Assembly: GCA_963676615.1 (NCBI GenBank)
Contig: OY781092.1
Span: 416,001-480,000 of the forward strand
Direction: 5' to 3'
Source: Candidatus Cloacimonadota bacterium
GTDB taxonomy: Bacteria; Cloacimonadota; Cloacimonadia; G963667145
DNA: 64,000 bases
The position numbers and the translations under genes are program-made. The notes under the pieces are model-generated. The model was not told the DNA's origin. It made no database searches and saw only the letters and a list, made by a program, of their open reading frames with translations. Shown here piece after piece: positions 38,899-50,570 of the stretch (positions are counted from its first letter, which is position 1; each line of letters begins with the position of its first letter).

Positions 38899-40793
38899 TT
38901 CAGACCTCTTTTGAAGTTAAATTTGTAGCCAATCACGCCGTCAGTGGGATAGGCATATTCTCGTATCAACTTGTTAATCAGGTGCTTAGATGGCTTGCAA
39001 AAAGACAAATCGAGCAAAAATCGACGGTAGCCTTTTTTGTAGAGATTTTGCTTCTCCTCCATAATCGAGACGGGTTTGTCGGGATAGACAATCGTGAAGC
39101 CGTTTTTGACGGTCTTTAGCAAAGTGAATTGATCAACTTCAATTTTCGCAAAATTTTGGATCGGACAGCGGGAGTAAAAGAGTTTCGGCGAAAAATAAAG
39201 CGGATAGACGCCGTTTTTGTTTTGATAATCGTTTGCCAGCTCCCCCTCTTGCGGATAAAAAAAGTTGTCGCTCTCCAGCTCTAGCGCCGCAAGGTCGTTC
39301 ATCACGGGGTCTTTGTAATAAATCGTGCAGCCCGGCAGCAGCAAATCTTTTTGCTTGGCGAAGCACGAAAAGCGCTTGATTTTCTTGCGATAGAGCTTGG
39401 TAATCAGATTTTGATACTTGGTGAGTGAATTTTCGCTGATAAAATTCGGCAGTTCCACCACGATTTTATCGGCAAATTTTTGAATAAACTTTTGCTCGAA
39501 ATCGAAATTTTCCAGTTCTATTTTTTCAAAATCCAAAATCAGGCGGTCGATATTACGCAAATCGATTTTTCGCAGCCATTCGGGTGAATCGATTTTGACA
39601 AAAAGTTCTCGCTGCGTCTGTGTTTTCTTGCTGGCTTTGGGCAAAATCTTTTGCTCAATTTTGGGGTTGTAGCGAAAATCGAACTTCAGCTTTTGCAGCT
39701 TTTGCGACGGTCTGTAATCTTGGCATCCCGTCAAGAAAACCTTGTTGCCCTTGTTCACGCTTTGTGTGATTTCGTCGGGCAGATTTTGCAGGCAATTTTC
39801 GCTTTTGAGCATTTCGGGCTTAATTTTGAGTTGTTTGGCGTCGTGCCCGCTTGCGCTCATTATGCGGATTTTTTGACCGACTTGCAATTTTGTGTCGCTG
39901 GTTATTTTTAGCTGTTTGCCGTTTGCTTCAATCACTTGTCCCAGCAGTTTTCCAGTGAACGGATAGTCGATAATTGGCTTTTTCAGTTGCGACGAGAAAA
40001 AATACTCGCTTTTTGCCCTGCCAAAATCTTGCACGCTATTTTTTTCTTGCTTATACGCAGCGACCACATTGCGCACATACTCCGCCGACTTCATTCTGCC
40101 TTCGATTTTCAGCGAATCGACGCCAATTTCCTTCAGCTCTGGCAAAATTTGTAGCAGTTGCAAATCGCACAAATTGAAGTAGTATTTGCCGTTGTAACTG
40201 CGGCGGCATGGCTGTTTGCACTGCCCGCGATTTCCGCTGAATCCGCCGACAAAACTGCTGAATAGGCACATCCCAGAGACGCTGTAGCAGAGCGAGCCGT
40301 GCGCAAAAAGTTCCAATTCGGTCTTAGTTTTTTTGCGCAAGTTTTGCAGTTCCAGCTTGGTGATTTCTCGGGCGAGCACGACTCTAGCGACTCCTTTTTT
40401 TTGGGCGAAATTTGCTTCCAGCGAGTTGTGAAAGCCCATCTGCGTGCTGGCGTGCAATGCGAGTTTCGGGAAAAGTTTTTTGCAGATAGCAGCCACAGCC
40501 CAATCTTGAAAAATGACCGCATCGACCTGCAATTTATCCAGAAAATACAAGGTTTTGACGAGCTCGGGCAGCTCCTGGTTTTTGATGAGAGTGTTGAGCG
40601 CCACATAGATTTTCGCTCCGTGAGAATGGGCGTGCCTGAGCAGAAAAGGCAAATCTTCTTTGCTAAAGTTGTTGGCTCTGGCCCGCGCGCTAAAGCTCTT
40701 CAGACCGAGATAAATCGCGTCGGCACCAGCCTCGATTGCGGCAAAAAATGCCTCTTTGTTGCCCGCTGGAGCGAGAATTTCCACCTTTTTGAT
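38895..40793 (-). CDS. peptidase U32 family protein (RNA hydroxylase-like, long form); start uncertain
   Basis: EILAPAG, GADAIYLG, HASTQM, CYSVSG.C, NRGQCKQPCR and KIEGRMK. Confidence 0.9.
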   Translation of the reverse strand: MKKVEILAPAGNKEAFFAAIEAGADAIYLGLKSFSARARANNFSKEDLPFLLRHAHSHGAKIYVALNTLIKNQELPELVKTLYFLDKLQVDAVIFQDWAVAAICKKLFPKLALHASTQMGFHNSLEANFAQKKGVARVVLAREITKLELQNLRKKTKTELELFAHGSLCYSVSGMCLFSSFVGGFSGNRGQCKQPCRRSYNGKYYFNLCDLQLLQILPELKEIGVDSLKIEGRMKSAEYVRNVVAAYKQEKNSVQDFGRAKSEYFFSSQLKKPIIDYPFTGKLLGQVIEANGKQLKITSDTKLQVGQKIRIMSASGHDAKQLKIKPEMLKSENCLQNLPDEITQSVNKGNKVFLTGCQDYRPSQKLQKLKFDFRYNPKIEQKILPKASKKTQTQRELFVKIDSPEWLRKIDLRNIDRLILDFEKIELENFDFEQKFIQKFADKIVVELPNFISENSLTKYQNLITKLYRKKIKRFSCFAKQKDLLLPGCTIYYKDPVMNDLAALELESDNFFYPQEGELANDYQNKNGVYPLYFSPKLFYSRCPIQNFAKIEVDQFTLLKTVKNGFTIVYPDKPVSIMEEKQNLYKKGYRRFLLDLSFCKPSKHLINKLIREYAYPTDGVIGYKFNFKRGLK

Positions 40794-40952
40794 AACGCCT
40801 CCCTTATAAGAAATTAACATTGTAAATTTCGTAATACATCCAAATAAAAAACGCCTGCTAGTCAAGGGGAAGTGTGTTTATCTTGCGTTTTGGTTTTTAT
40901 GAGATTTTTTTGAAACAGAAACAGTTGACAACTATTTTGACGCCCAAAATTT

Positions 40953-41033
40953 ATGACTATGAAAAAGAATAGAATCGTCAGTCAGTCAGTCAGTCAAGGG
41001 TGTTTGCGACTTAGCGGTCAAATATATTTATAA
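40953..41033 (+). CDS. putative leader peptide MTMKKNRIVSQSVSQGCLRLSGQIYL
   Basis: Manually translated short ORF spanning the (GTCA)5 repeat and ending 10 nt before a terminator hairpin. Confidence 0.55.
   Translation: MTMKKNRIVSQSVSQGCLRLSGQIYL
40977..40996 (+). repeat. tetranucleotide SSR (GTCA)5
   Basis: Five exact tandem copies. Confidence 0.95.
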
Positions 41034-41043
41034 AGATTTAGTC

Positions 41044-41080
41044 AGGTCTTCCGATTTATTTCGGGAGACCTTTTGTTGTT
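41044..41080 (+). terminator. terminator/attenuator upstream of lipoprotein gene
   Basis: AGGTCTTCCGA-tttatt-TCGGGAGACCT followed by TTTGTTGTT, located in the 5' leader. Confidence 0.75.
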
Positions 41081-41107
41081 GGTAAAAATTAAAAAAAGGA
41101 GAAAGAG

Positions 41108-42967
41108 ATGAAGTTAAAAAAGTTAGTTGCTATGTTGTTTGTTTTTGGATTATTTATGGGAGGTTGTTCTGATAAAAGCTCAAGTCCAACAGATTCAAAG
41201 AAAAAAGATCCTCCTCCGACAACAACAGAGGAAGTGGAGAGGAATTCTAAAATATCAGGAAAAGTGGCAGATGGGTACATAAAGAATGCTACGGTATTTT
41301 TAGATTTAGATGGCGACAAAGTTTACGATGAGGGCGAGCCGATGACTACCACTGATACTTTAGGCGGGTATGAACTTAAGGTAAGCGATGATGAGATTGG
41401 GTCGTATGCTATTGTAGTTTTGGTGACAGATAAAAGTAGAGATTTGGACGATACAACAAGGGCAATCAAGCCATATACAATGACAGCTCCTCCTCCTAGT
41501 GTTAGTAGTGAGAATATTTTTGTTTCACCTATTACCACAATGATACAAAATAAAATGGAGAAAAATAAAGAGTTGTCTAGAGAAGAGGCAGAGCTGCAAA
41601 CAAGAAGTGAAATCGGCGCAGAAGTTAGTCTCTTCGAAGATTATGTTGAAAATGGTGGAGCTGTTGATTACAAAGCTGTCCATCGTGTAGCACAATTAGT
41701 AGCAAGGACGATGGAAAAAATTACAGATATTTTGGGGGATAAAGTTGATGATAACCAAAAAAGTGCGTTAACTTCACTTGTGGTTACTCTTGTTGCGGAT
41801 GTTATAGACGAAATCAAACTTAAAGCAATAGATGACGCCAATTTTGATACAGAATCTGGTTTAATAAAAAGCGATGTTCTAGAAAGTGTTGATGGGGACG
41901 ATAATGTCGTGAGTGTTGATGTGGTAAATAATATTGAAGGTGTGCTTGAAAGGGAAAATTTGGCGATAAATAAGGAGACCAAATCTTTTAAAGATATTGT
42001 AGATAATGGTGGTTCATACTCTTTCTATTTGGAAAGTGAGAATAATGAAAAATATCTTAGAGTCGCTTTGCATACTGTTGATGGAGATGGAAATTTTGTA
42101 GAAGCTAAATCTGATTACAAAAATAGTAGTTGGAGCGATTTTGAAAATAGAGAATTTAGTGAAGCTCATTACATTGATGGGGAAATAAAAAAAATAACAC
42201 CTACAGCAAGTTTTACAAGTGACGGTTCTTTGGAATTGAAATATGGAGATGATTATTTATTCACTGTTTCAAGCCAAGAAGTGGATTTGAGCGGCAAAAA
42301 AATCAGGAATTATATTGAATCGGGGCTGGAACTCACAGACGAAGACGCTACTTTTGAAAGTGGAGCTAAAGGGCATTCCCTTATTTTTAGCGAAAAGGCT
42401 TTGGAAAGCTATAGTAGTTTTGACCTTGATGGGGATTATGTAAGAGAGGGAGAGATAGTAAAATGGGATAACGAAAGTTTTAGTTCTTTAGAATCTTTTT
42501 TAAACAAGTTTGTTGCGGAAGATGCGGACAATTTTGATGAAAATAAGCCTTGGTTTAAAATTGGTAAACTGACTGATGGCGAAGACTATAGAGATTATAT
42601 TGTTGCTCAGGTAAAAAATAAAGAAGAAAAAACTCTTTATATAGCCAGAAGAATTGGTTGGGGTGGTTATAGTGATGGGGGTGAAAGATTTATTCCTATT
42701 AAGGAACAAACAGCTACTTATAAAATTGAGAATAATAAGTTTATTTCTTTTAATATTCCTGATTTTAAAGGTGTAATGGATCATAAATGTTGTTACTTTG
42801 AGTCTGATTTGACTGAAGGTGGAAAAACGGTTGTTGTTCAAGGGCGTAGTTATGAAGCTGGACAAACATATTATCAAAAACAAAGCGATGGAGATCAAAC
42901 AGATTTTAATAAAACCGCTATAGATAATATAAAAGCTGCAATCGATTACGATGAAACTTTAAAATAG
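41108..42967 (+). CDS. large acidic surface lipoprotein, hypothetical
   Basis: Lipobox MGGC, S/P/T linker, GKVADGYI..ATVFLDLDGD...EGEP motif; visibly AT-richer than flanking genes. Confidence 0.85.
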   Translation: MKLKKLVAMLFVFGLFMGGCSDKSSSPTDSKKKDPPPTTTEEVERNSKISGKVADGYIKNATVFLDLDGDKVYDEGEPMTTTDTLGGYELKVSDDEIGSYAIVVLVTDKSRDLDDTTRAIKPYTMTAPPPSVSSENIFVSPITTMIQNKMEKNKELSREEAELQTRSEIGAEVSLFEDYVENGGAVDYKAVHRVAQLVARTMEKITDILGDKVDDNQKSALTSLVVTLVADVIDEIKLKAIDDANFDTESGLIKSDVLESVDGDDNVVSVDVVNNIEGVLERENLAINKETKSFKDIVDNGGSYSFYLESENNEKYLRVALHTVDGDGNFVEAKSDYKNSSWSDFENREFSEAHYIDGEIKKITPTASFTSDGSLELKYGDDYLFTVSSQEVDLSGKKIRNYIESGLELTDEDATFESGAKGHSLIFSEKALESYSSFDLDGDYVREGEIVKWDNESFSSLESFLNKFVAEDADNFDENKPWFKIGKLTDGEDYRDYIVAQVKNKEEKTLYIARRIGWGGYSDGGERFIPIKEQTATYKIENNKFISFNIPDFKGVMDHKCCYFESDLTEGGKTVVVQGRSYEAGQTYYQKQSDGDQTDFNKTAIDNIKAAIDYDETLK

Positions 42968-42984
42968 GTTTGATTAAAACTATT

Positions 42985-43015
42985 GCAGGGAAGCTTTTGC
43001 TTTCCTGCTTTTTTT
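42985..43015 (+). terminator. Rho-independent terminator
   Basis: GCAGGGAAGC-tttt-GCTTTCCTGC followed by T7. Confidence 0.85.
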
Positions 43016-43084
43016 ATTTGTATATATTTAAGTTATTTATACATAATTTCTGCTCTACGCTAGGTTAAAACTTGAACTTTTTCA

Positions 43085-43280
43085 TTGACGCACAAACGCA
43101 AGAAAATACAAACGATTCACAATTGAGAAGTGGCTAAAAGTTTGAGGCTTAATCCTAACCTTCAATTGCTTAGATAGGAAATCACAGATTGAAGGTAGGT
43201 GTTTTTTTTGTCCCAAAAAATTTTGAAAATTTGATGTTGACACAAAACGCCTCAATCAGAAAAGTGCTTTTACAATTGAA
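43085..43280 (+). promoter_or_regulatory. tandem putative rrn promoters
   Basis: TTGACG (43085) and TTGACA (43237), each followed by similar CAAACGC and ACAATTGA motifs; -10 boxes not canonical. Confidence 0.45.
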
Positions 43281-43349
43281 ACAGATACTTGAAAGAAAAT
43301 TTTATAGAAGTGTAGAGTAAACCAAAACAGTCAATCAAACAAATTTATT

Positions 43350-44916
<1,567 letters not shown>

Positions 44917-44975
44917 TAAAGGAAAAAAACAATCGATTGGTTGTGGAAGTTTACTCTACCTATTTTTATTCTAAT

Positions 44976-45052
<77 letters not shown>

Positions 45053-45084
45053 TTTTTTAATATCAGAATTGATATTAAAAAATG

Positions 45085-45284
45085 AATTGATAAGTGATAG
45101 TTAACAATTGATAATTGTGAATGCAATCACTTGGAGCTTGGAAAGATGAGAAAAAATATTGTTTATGAAAAAGCTTTTTTGTTTGCCCAAAAAATAGTTA
45201 AAACTTGTAAGAAGCTGAATGTAAATACAAAAAAAACGAGCGTTAGCTCCTTAATTATCAACTATCAATTATAAATTATTAATT
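45085..45284 (+). pseudogene. four-helix-bundle (IVP-like) gene remnant 45146-45274 flanked by inverted heptamer arrays
   Basis: MRKNIVYEKAFLFAQKIVK resembles the family N-terminus; AATTGAT-type repeats 45085-45117 and ATCAATT-type repeats 45252-45284. Confidence 0.65.
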
Positions 45285-45307
45285 GCAAATTGCTTTGCAA
45301 TTTACCT

Positions 45308-45383
45308 GGGGGATTAGCTCAGCTGGTAGAGCGTCTGCTTTGCAAGCAGGATGTCAACGGTTCGAATCCGTTATCCTCCACCA
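45308..45383 (+). tRNA. tRNA-Ala(TGC)
   Basis: Cloverleaf with TTTGCAA loop and CCA. Confidence 0.97.
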
Positions 45384-45744
45384 TTTATTTTAGAAAAAAA
45401 GCCGATTTTTACGGCGAAAAATTTTAGATCTTTTGAATAGAAATTTTATAGAAGTGGTGAGATTATTAAAGAGAATCAAAACTTAAGTAGAAAGGGCATA
45501 CGGTGAATGCCTTGGCGCAAAGATGGCGATGAAGGACGTGGTTTGCTGCGATAAGTCTCGGATAGCTGTAAGCAAGCTGTGACCCGGGAATTTCCGAATG
45601 GGGCAACCCAATCAGGGTTATACCTGATTATTGAGTAGTAATACTTGAAGCTAACGCGGTGAATTGAAACATCTAAGTAACCGCAGGAAGAGAAAATAAT
45701 AATGATTTCCCAAGTAGTGGCGAGCGAACGGGAATTAGCCCAAA

Positions 45745-46051
45745 CCTGACACCTATTAAACCTAAATTGGAAGGTGATTATGTATTATGTTTATTTGTTG
45801 CAAAACAAGTCAAAGACTAAAACTTATTTGGGGTTTAGTCAAGATTTGAAAAAAAGATTGAAAGAGCATAATTCTGGTAGAAGCTTATATACTGAAGGCG
45901 ATGAGTGGAATTTGGTATATTACGAAGCTTTTTTGTCCGAGCTGGACGCCAGGAGACGCGAAGCGAAGTTGAAGCAAAACAGAAATGCAAAAAATTGCTT
46001 GTTTAAGAGAGTAGAAAACTCTCTTGAGATGTAGGTTTAATAGGTGTCAGG
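45745..46051 (+). other. 23S rRNA intervening sequence closed by a perfect 20-bp stem
   Basis: CCTGACACCTATTAAACCTA (45745-45764) is the exact reverse complement of 46032-46051; conserved 23S sequence resumes on both sides. Confidence 0.9.
45780..46034 (+). CDS. small GIY-YIG nuclease (UPF0213/SLX1-like) encoded within the 23S IVS
   Basis: YYVYLL...[17 protein letters not shown]...LVYYE...[20 protein letters not shown]. Confidence 0.9.
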   Translation: MYYVYLLQNKSKTKTYLGFSQDLKKRLKEHNSGRSLYTEGDEWNLVYYEAFLSELDARRREAKLKQNRNAKNCLFKRVENSLEM

Positions 46052-46236
46052 GGTAGCGGGACTGTGATATCGGACTGATAGAGGATAGTCGAACCTGGTT
46101 GGAAAGCCAGAGCGAAGAAGGTGAAACTCCTGTAGACGAAATTCTGTATCTGCCGTAGCAGTATCCCAAGTAGGGCGGGGCACGAGAAACCCTGTCTGAA
46201 TCTGCCGGGACCATCCGGTAAGGCTAAATACACTTT

Positions 46237-46284
<48 letters not shown>

Positions 46285-47128
46285 GAAAGGGGAGTGAAAT
46301 AGTATCTGAAACCGTATGTTTATAATCAGTCAAAGTGGTCTTTATGGCTACGATGGCGTGCCTTTTGTATAATGAGCTAGCGAGTTAATTTTGTCAGCCA
46401 GGTTAAGTCATATAGTGATGGAGCCGAAGCGAAAGCGAGTGTGAATAGCGCGTTTAGTTGGCAGGATTAGACCCGAAACTTGGTGATCTACCCATGGCCA
46501 GGTTGAAGTTGGGGTAAAACCCAATGGAGGACCGAACCAACTGATGTTGAAAAATCAGTGGATGAGCTGTGGGTAGGGGTGAAAGGCCAATCAAACCAAG
46601 CGATATCTGGTTCTCTCCGAAAACTGTTTAGGCAGTGCCTCTTATTAGAATTACGGGGGTAGAGCACTAATTAGGCTAGGGGGCCTACCAGCTTACCGAA
46701 CCTTAATAAACTCCGAATACCGTAATTTGATGTAAGGGAGACAGTCTGTGGGGGATAAGCTCCATGGGCGAGAGGGAAAGATCCCAGACCGACGATTAAG
46801 GTCCCTAAATTTATGCTTAGTGAGAAAGGATGTTTTATTGCACAGACAGCCAGGATGTTAGCTTAGAAGCAGCTATCATTTAAAGAGTGCGTAATAGCTC
46901 ACTGGTTAAGTGGTAATGCACCGAAGATGATCGGGACTAAAAAGCATAATACCGAAATCGCGGATTGACCATTTTATTATAGTTGATGGTAGGAGAGCAT
47001 TGTAGTCGGCGCTGAAGGTGTCTTGTGAGAGACGCTGGAGCGGCTACAAGAGAGAATGCTAGCATGAGTAGCGATAATGCGGATGAGAAGTCCGCACACC
47101 GAAAACCCAAGGTTTCCTGAGTAAAGAA

Positions 47129-47162
<34 letters not shown>

Positions 47163-47471
47163 TCTGGTTACCAGGGTAGCTGATGGGAATCTGGTTAATA
47201 TTCCAGAACCTGTTATGTCCAGTGATGGAGTGACGCGGCGTTGCAGTGGAGACATCGGCTGAAAGAGATGTTGAATGTGTGTAGGAAGTTCGGTAGGCAA
47301 ATCCGCCGAGCAACATTCCGAGGCACAGGACAAGAGCCCAAGGCTCGCAAAGTCCACCTAGAGCGCCGCCAAGAAACAGCTTCTAAGCGTTAAAGGCATA
47401 ACAGACCGTACCCCAAACCGACTCAGGTGGGTGAGGAGAGTATCCTAAGGTGTTCGAGAGAATTCTGGTTA

Positions 47472-47505
<34 letters not shown>

Positions 47506-47693
47506 GAAGGGGTGCCAGGGGAAGTGATTACCCTTGCGGTATGAGCAAGCCCCTGGCCGCAGTGAAAAGATTCAAGCGACTGTTTATCAAAAACACAGGT
47601 CTATGCAAACTTGTAAAAGAAAGTATATAGACTGACACCTGCCCGGTGCTGGAAGGTTAAGTGAGAGGGTGAGAGCTCTTGAGTGAAGCCCCA

Positions 47694-47781
<88 letters not shown>

Positions 47782-48032
47782 GAATACTGTCTCAACCAGG
47801 ATCTCGGTGAAATTGTAGTGGCGGTGAAGATGCCGCCTACCCGCGAACGGACGGAAAGACCCCGTGAACCTTTACTATAGCTTGACATTGTGATTTGATG
47901 AGGTATGTGTAGGATAGGTGGGAGATTTTGAAGCGTGGACGCTAGTCTGCGTGGAGTCATCCTTGAAATACCACCCTTATGTTGTTGAATCACTAACGCT
48001 AGTAGTTACCCTGCTAGCAGACAGTGTCTGGT

Positions 48033-48064
<32 letters not shown>

Positions 48065-48223
48065 AAGTAACGGAGGCTTACAAAGGTTCCCTCAGATTGG
48101 TTGGCAATCAATCGAAGAGCATAAAGGTATAAGGGAGCTTAACTGCGAGACTGACGGGTCGAGCAGATGCGAAAGCAGGTCTTAGTGATCCGGCGGCTCT
48201 GTATGGAAGGGCCGTTGCTCAAA

Positions 48224-48256
<33 letters not shown>

Positions 48257-48312
48257 ACCGCCTAAGAGTTCATATCGACGGCGGTGTTTGGCACCTCGAT
48301 GTCGGCTCAACT

Positions 48313-48343
<31 letters not shown>

Positions 48344-48366
48344 TGGCTGTTCGCCAATTAAAGAGT

Positions 48367-48413
<47 letters not shown>

Positions 48414-48530
48414 TTCGTGGGAGCAGGAAATTTGAGAGGATTTGCATCTAGTACGAGAGGACCGGTGTGAACAAACCTCTGGTGTATCGGTTGTGGCGTC
48501 AGCTGCATCGCCGAGTAGCTAAGTTTGGAA

Positions 48531-48572
<42 letters not shown>

Positions 48573-48788
48573 AATAGATTTCCCTTATGAGAACCGCGGG
48601 AGACTACCGCGTTGATAGGTCACAGGTGTAAGCGTAGTAATGCGCTCAGCCGAGTGATACTAATTGTTCCATTGGCTTATTTTTTTTCTTTTTAATATCT
48701 CACCAACTTTTATCATAACAATTTTGTTAATTTGTTGAATTAGCTAAAGTTAGATTTTGTTAAAGTGCTTATTTTTTTGGGAAACAAG

Positions 48789-49117
48789 CCCCGAAGCTGT
48801 GTTTATGACACTGCAAGAGGGTGAAGTTTTCAAAAAAAGAAGTGTTAAAATGAAGCTTAAAACTTTAGCAGTTTAACAAAACTTAAAGCTCTTTGTTATG
48901 GTGGCTATAGCGACAAGGCAACACCTGTTCCCATTCCGAACACAGCAGTTAAGCTTGTCTGCGCCGATGGTACTGCACGGGCAACTGTGTGGGAGAGTAG
49001 GACGCCGCCATAACAGAGAGTTTTTTTATGTTCAAAAAGTTTTTAAAGCAATAGATTAGAGATGCCCAAATTTTTCATAATTTTCCCACTCGCAGTGTGC
49101 ATCACACAGCTTCGGGG
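48789..49117. repeat. inverted pair of ~36-bp hairpin-containing elements flanking 5S
   Basis: CCCCGAAGCTGTGT..ACACTGC (48789-48825) versus GCAGTGT..CACAGCTTCGGGG (49083-49117). Confidence 0.7.
48896..49013 (+). rRNA. rrf: 5S rRNA
   Basis: CCCATTCCGAACAC..GTTAAG and GCCGATGGTACT..GGGAGAGTAGG; paired ends. Confidence 0.96.
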
Positions 49118-49125
49118 TAAATTAC

Positions 49126-50441
49126 GGCACCGTCCAAAAAAGTGTGTCTAATCTCCAATTTGGTTTCCATTTTCTTAACTTTCTGGGAACAAAATTTTGT
49201 CAAATTTAAATTGATAAATCGGATAATTCAGATATTTATCGACCTTGTCCATCGCGACCTTGCTCAGCAGCAGTAGCACAGACTCATCGCTGGGCATCGA
49301 GTTCCTGATTTTCAAAACTTTCCGAAACTGTTTATTCAAATTTTCGATCCAATTTGTGGTGTAAATCAGCCGCTGAATTCTGTGGTCAAACTCCAAAAAA
49401 GTGAAATAATAAACGACATCGTCTCTGTTTAATAAGTTCTTGGTAAATCGATACTTATCTCCCCATTTTTTCGCAAAATTATCCAAATTTTTCAAAGCAA
49501 TTTCTTTCGTATAGCGTTCTTGTCCGACGCAAAAAATTTCCTTCAAATCGTCGCTAATTTCGCTTTTATCACTATTCCTGACCTTAGCTAACAGACTTCT
49601 TTTAAAGTGAGTTACACACTTTTGAAATTTCGCATTTTTAAAAACTTTGCTCACAACATTTTCCAGCCCAGCAAGACCGTCAGCCACGACCAATTTTGTC
49701 GTTTGCAAGCCTCGCGATTTTAGGCGATTAAACAAGAATTCCCAGCCAGCAGCGCTCTCGGTCGGGATATTTTCGAGCGCCAAAATGTCCCGACTTTTGT
49801 CCTCTCGGACGCCGATAACCACGCAAAACGCCTCAGTTTCAACACTGTCGAGCCGCCTCAATTTGGAATGTATGGCGTCAATCATAATAATCGGATAGTT
49901 TTTTTCTAGCGGCCTATTTCGCCAATTTGTCAACAATTCTTTGAATTCTTGGCTGATATTGCTGATGGTCGATTTTTTGTAATTCGTGCCAAAAACATTT
50001 GCGAAAACATTCTCTATGTCTCTGGTAGACAAGCCTTTAGCATACAGCTGAAACGCCAATTCTCGTACTTCTTGCTCCTGCTTTTTCAAAATTTCCAAGA
50101 TAAATGGATAAAATTGACCGAATCTGTCGCGCGGAATTTTGAATTGAATTTTGCCGCTGAGAGATGAAAAACACCTGCTGCGATAGCCGTTGCCTTTGTT
50201 GTTTGAGCTTTTGTTTTCCGCCATAAAAGCCTGTCTTTCCAGCTTCATAAGGCTGTTAAAAACGAACTCGATCAATTTATTCGCGCCATAATCATTGACA
50301 TTTTCGTCTAAAATTTTTTGTAGTTGACTTGCGTTAAATCGCATAAGAATCTCCTTTTTTGTTCTTTTTTTTATAAAAATTGGAGATTCTTTTTTTGTGT
50401 CTAGTTTTTTTTGCTGCAGACACACTTTTTTGGACAGTGCC
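49126..50441 (-). mobile_element. complete IS256-family insertion sequence
   Basis: 24-bp terminal IRs GGCAC(C/T)GTCCAAAAAAGTGTGTCT with 1 mismatch; 8-bp TSD TAAATTAC at 49118-49125 and 50442-50449. Confidence 0.95.
49175..50344 (-). CDS. IS256 family transposase
   Basis: NGYR, IPRDR, GLSTRDI, DAI, ADGL.G, QKCVTH and YTTNWIE motifs; AAGGAG RBS. Confidence 0.95.
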   Translation of the reverse strand: MRFNASQLQKILDENVNDYGANKLIEFVFNSLMKLERQAFMAENKSSNNKGNGYRSRCFSSLSGKIQFKIPRDRFGQFYPFILEILKKQEQEVRELAFQLYAKGLSTRDIENVFANVFGTNYKKSTISNISQEFKELLTNWRNRPLEKNYPIIMIDAIHSKLRRLDSVETEAFCVVIGVREDKSRDILALENIPTESAAGWEFLFNRLKSRGLQTTKLVVADGLAGLENVVSKVFKNAKFQKCVTHFKRSLLAKVRNSDKSEISDDLKEIFCVGQERYTKEIALKNLDNFAKKWGDKYRFTKNLLNRDDVVYYFTFLEFDHRIQRLIYTTNWIENLNKQFRKVLKIRNSMPSDESVLLLLSKVAMDKVDKYLNYPIYQFKFDKILFPES

Positions 50442-50541
50442 TAAATTACCGCAAATTTGAGCACTTTTTGAGGCATAAACCCATTTTCAAAACCTTTTTT
50501 TACTTTAAACTCTTAATCTCACTATTTTAAAGTTTTTAGTT

Positions 50542-50570
50542 AGCCATTCGCACAAGTGGGTGGCTTTTTT
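50542..50570 (+). terminator. terminator-like hairpin
   Basis: AGCCATTCGC-acaa-GTGGGTGGCT followed by a T run. Confidence 0.55.

Noticed and set aside
45765..46031. Group I intron or self-splicing interpretation of the 23S insert
   Set aside because: The insert is almost entirely ORF inside a simple stem, leaving no room for a ribozyme core, and none is recognisable.
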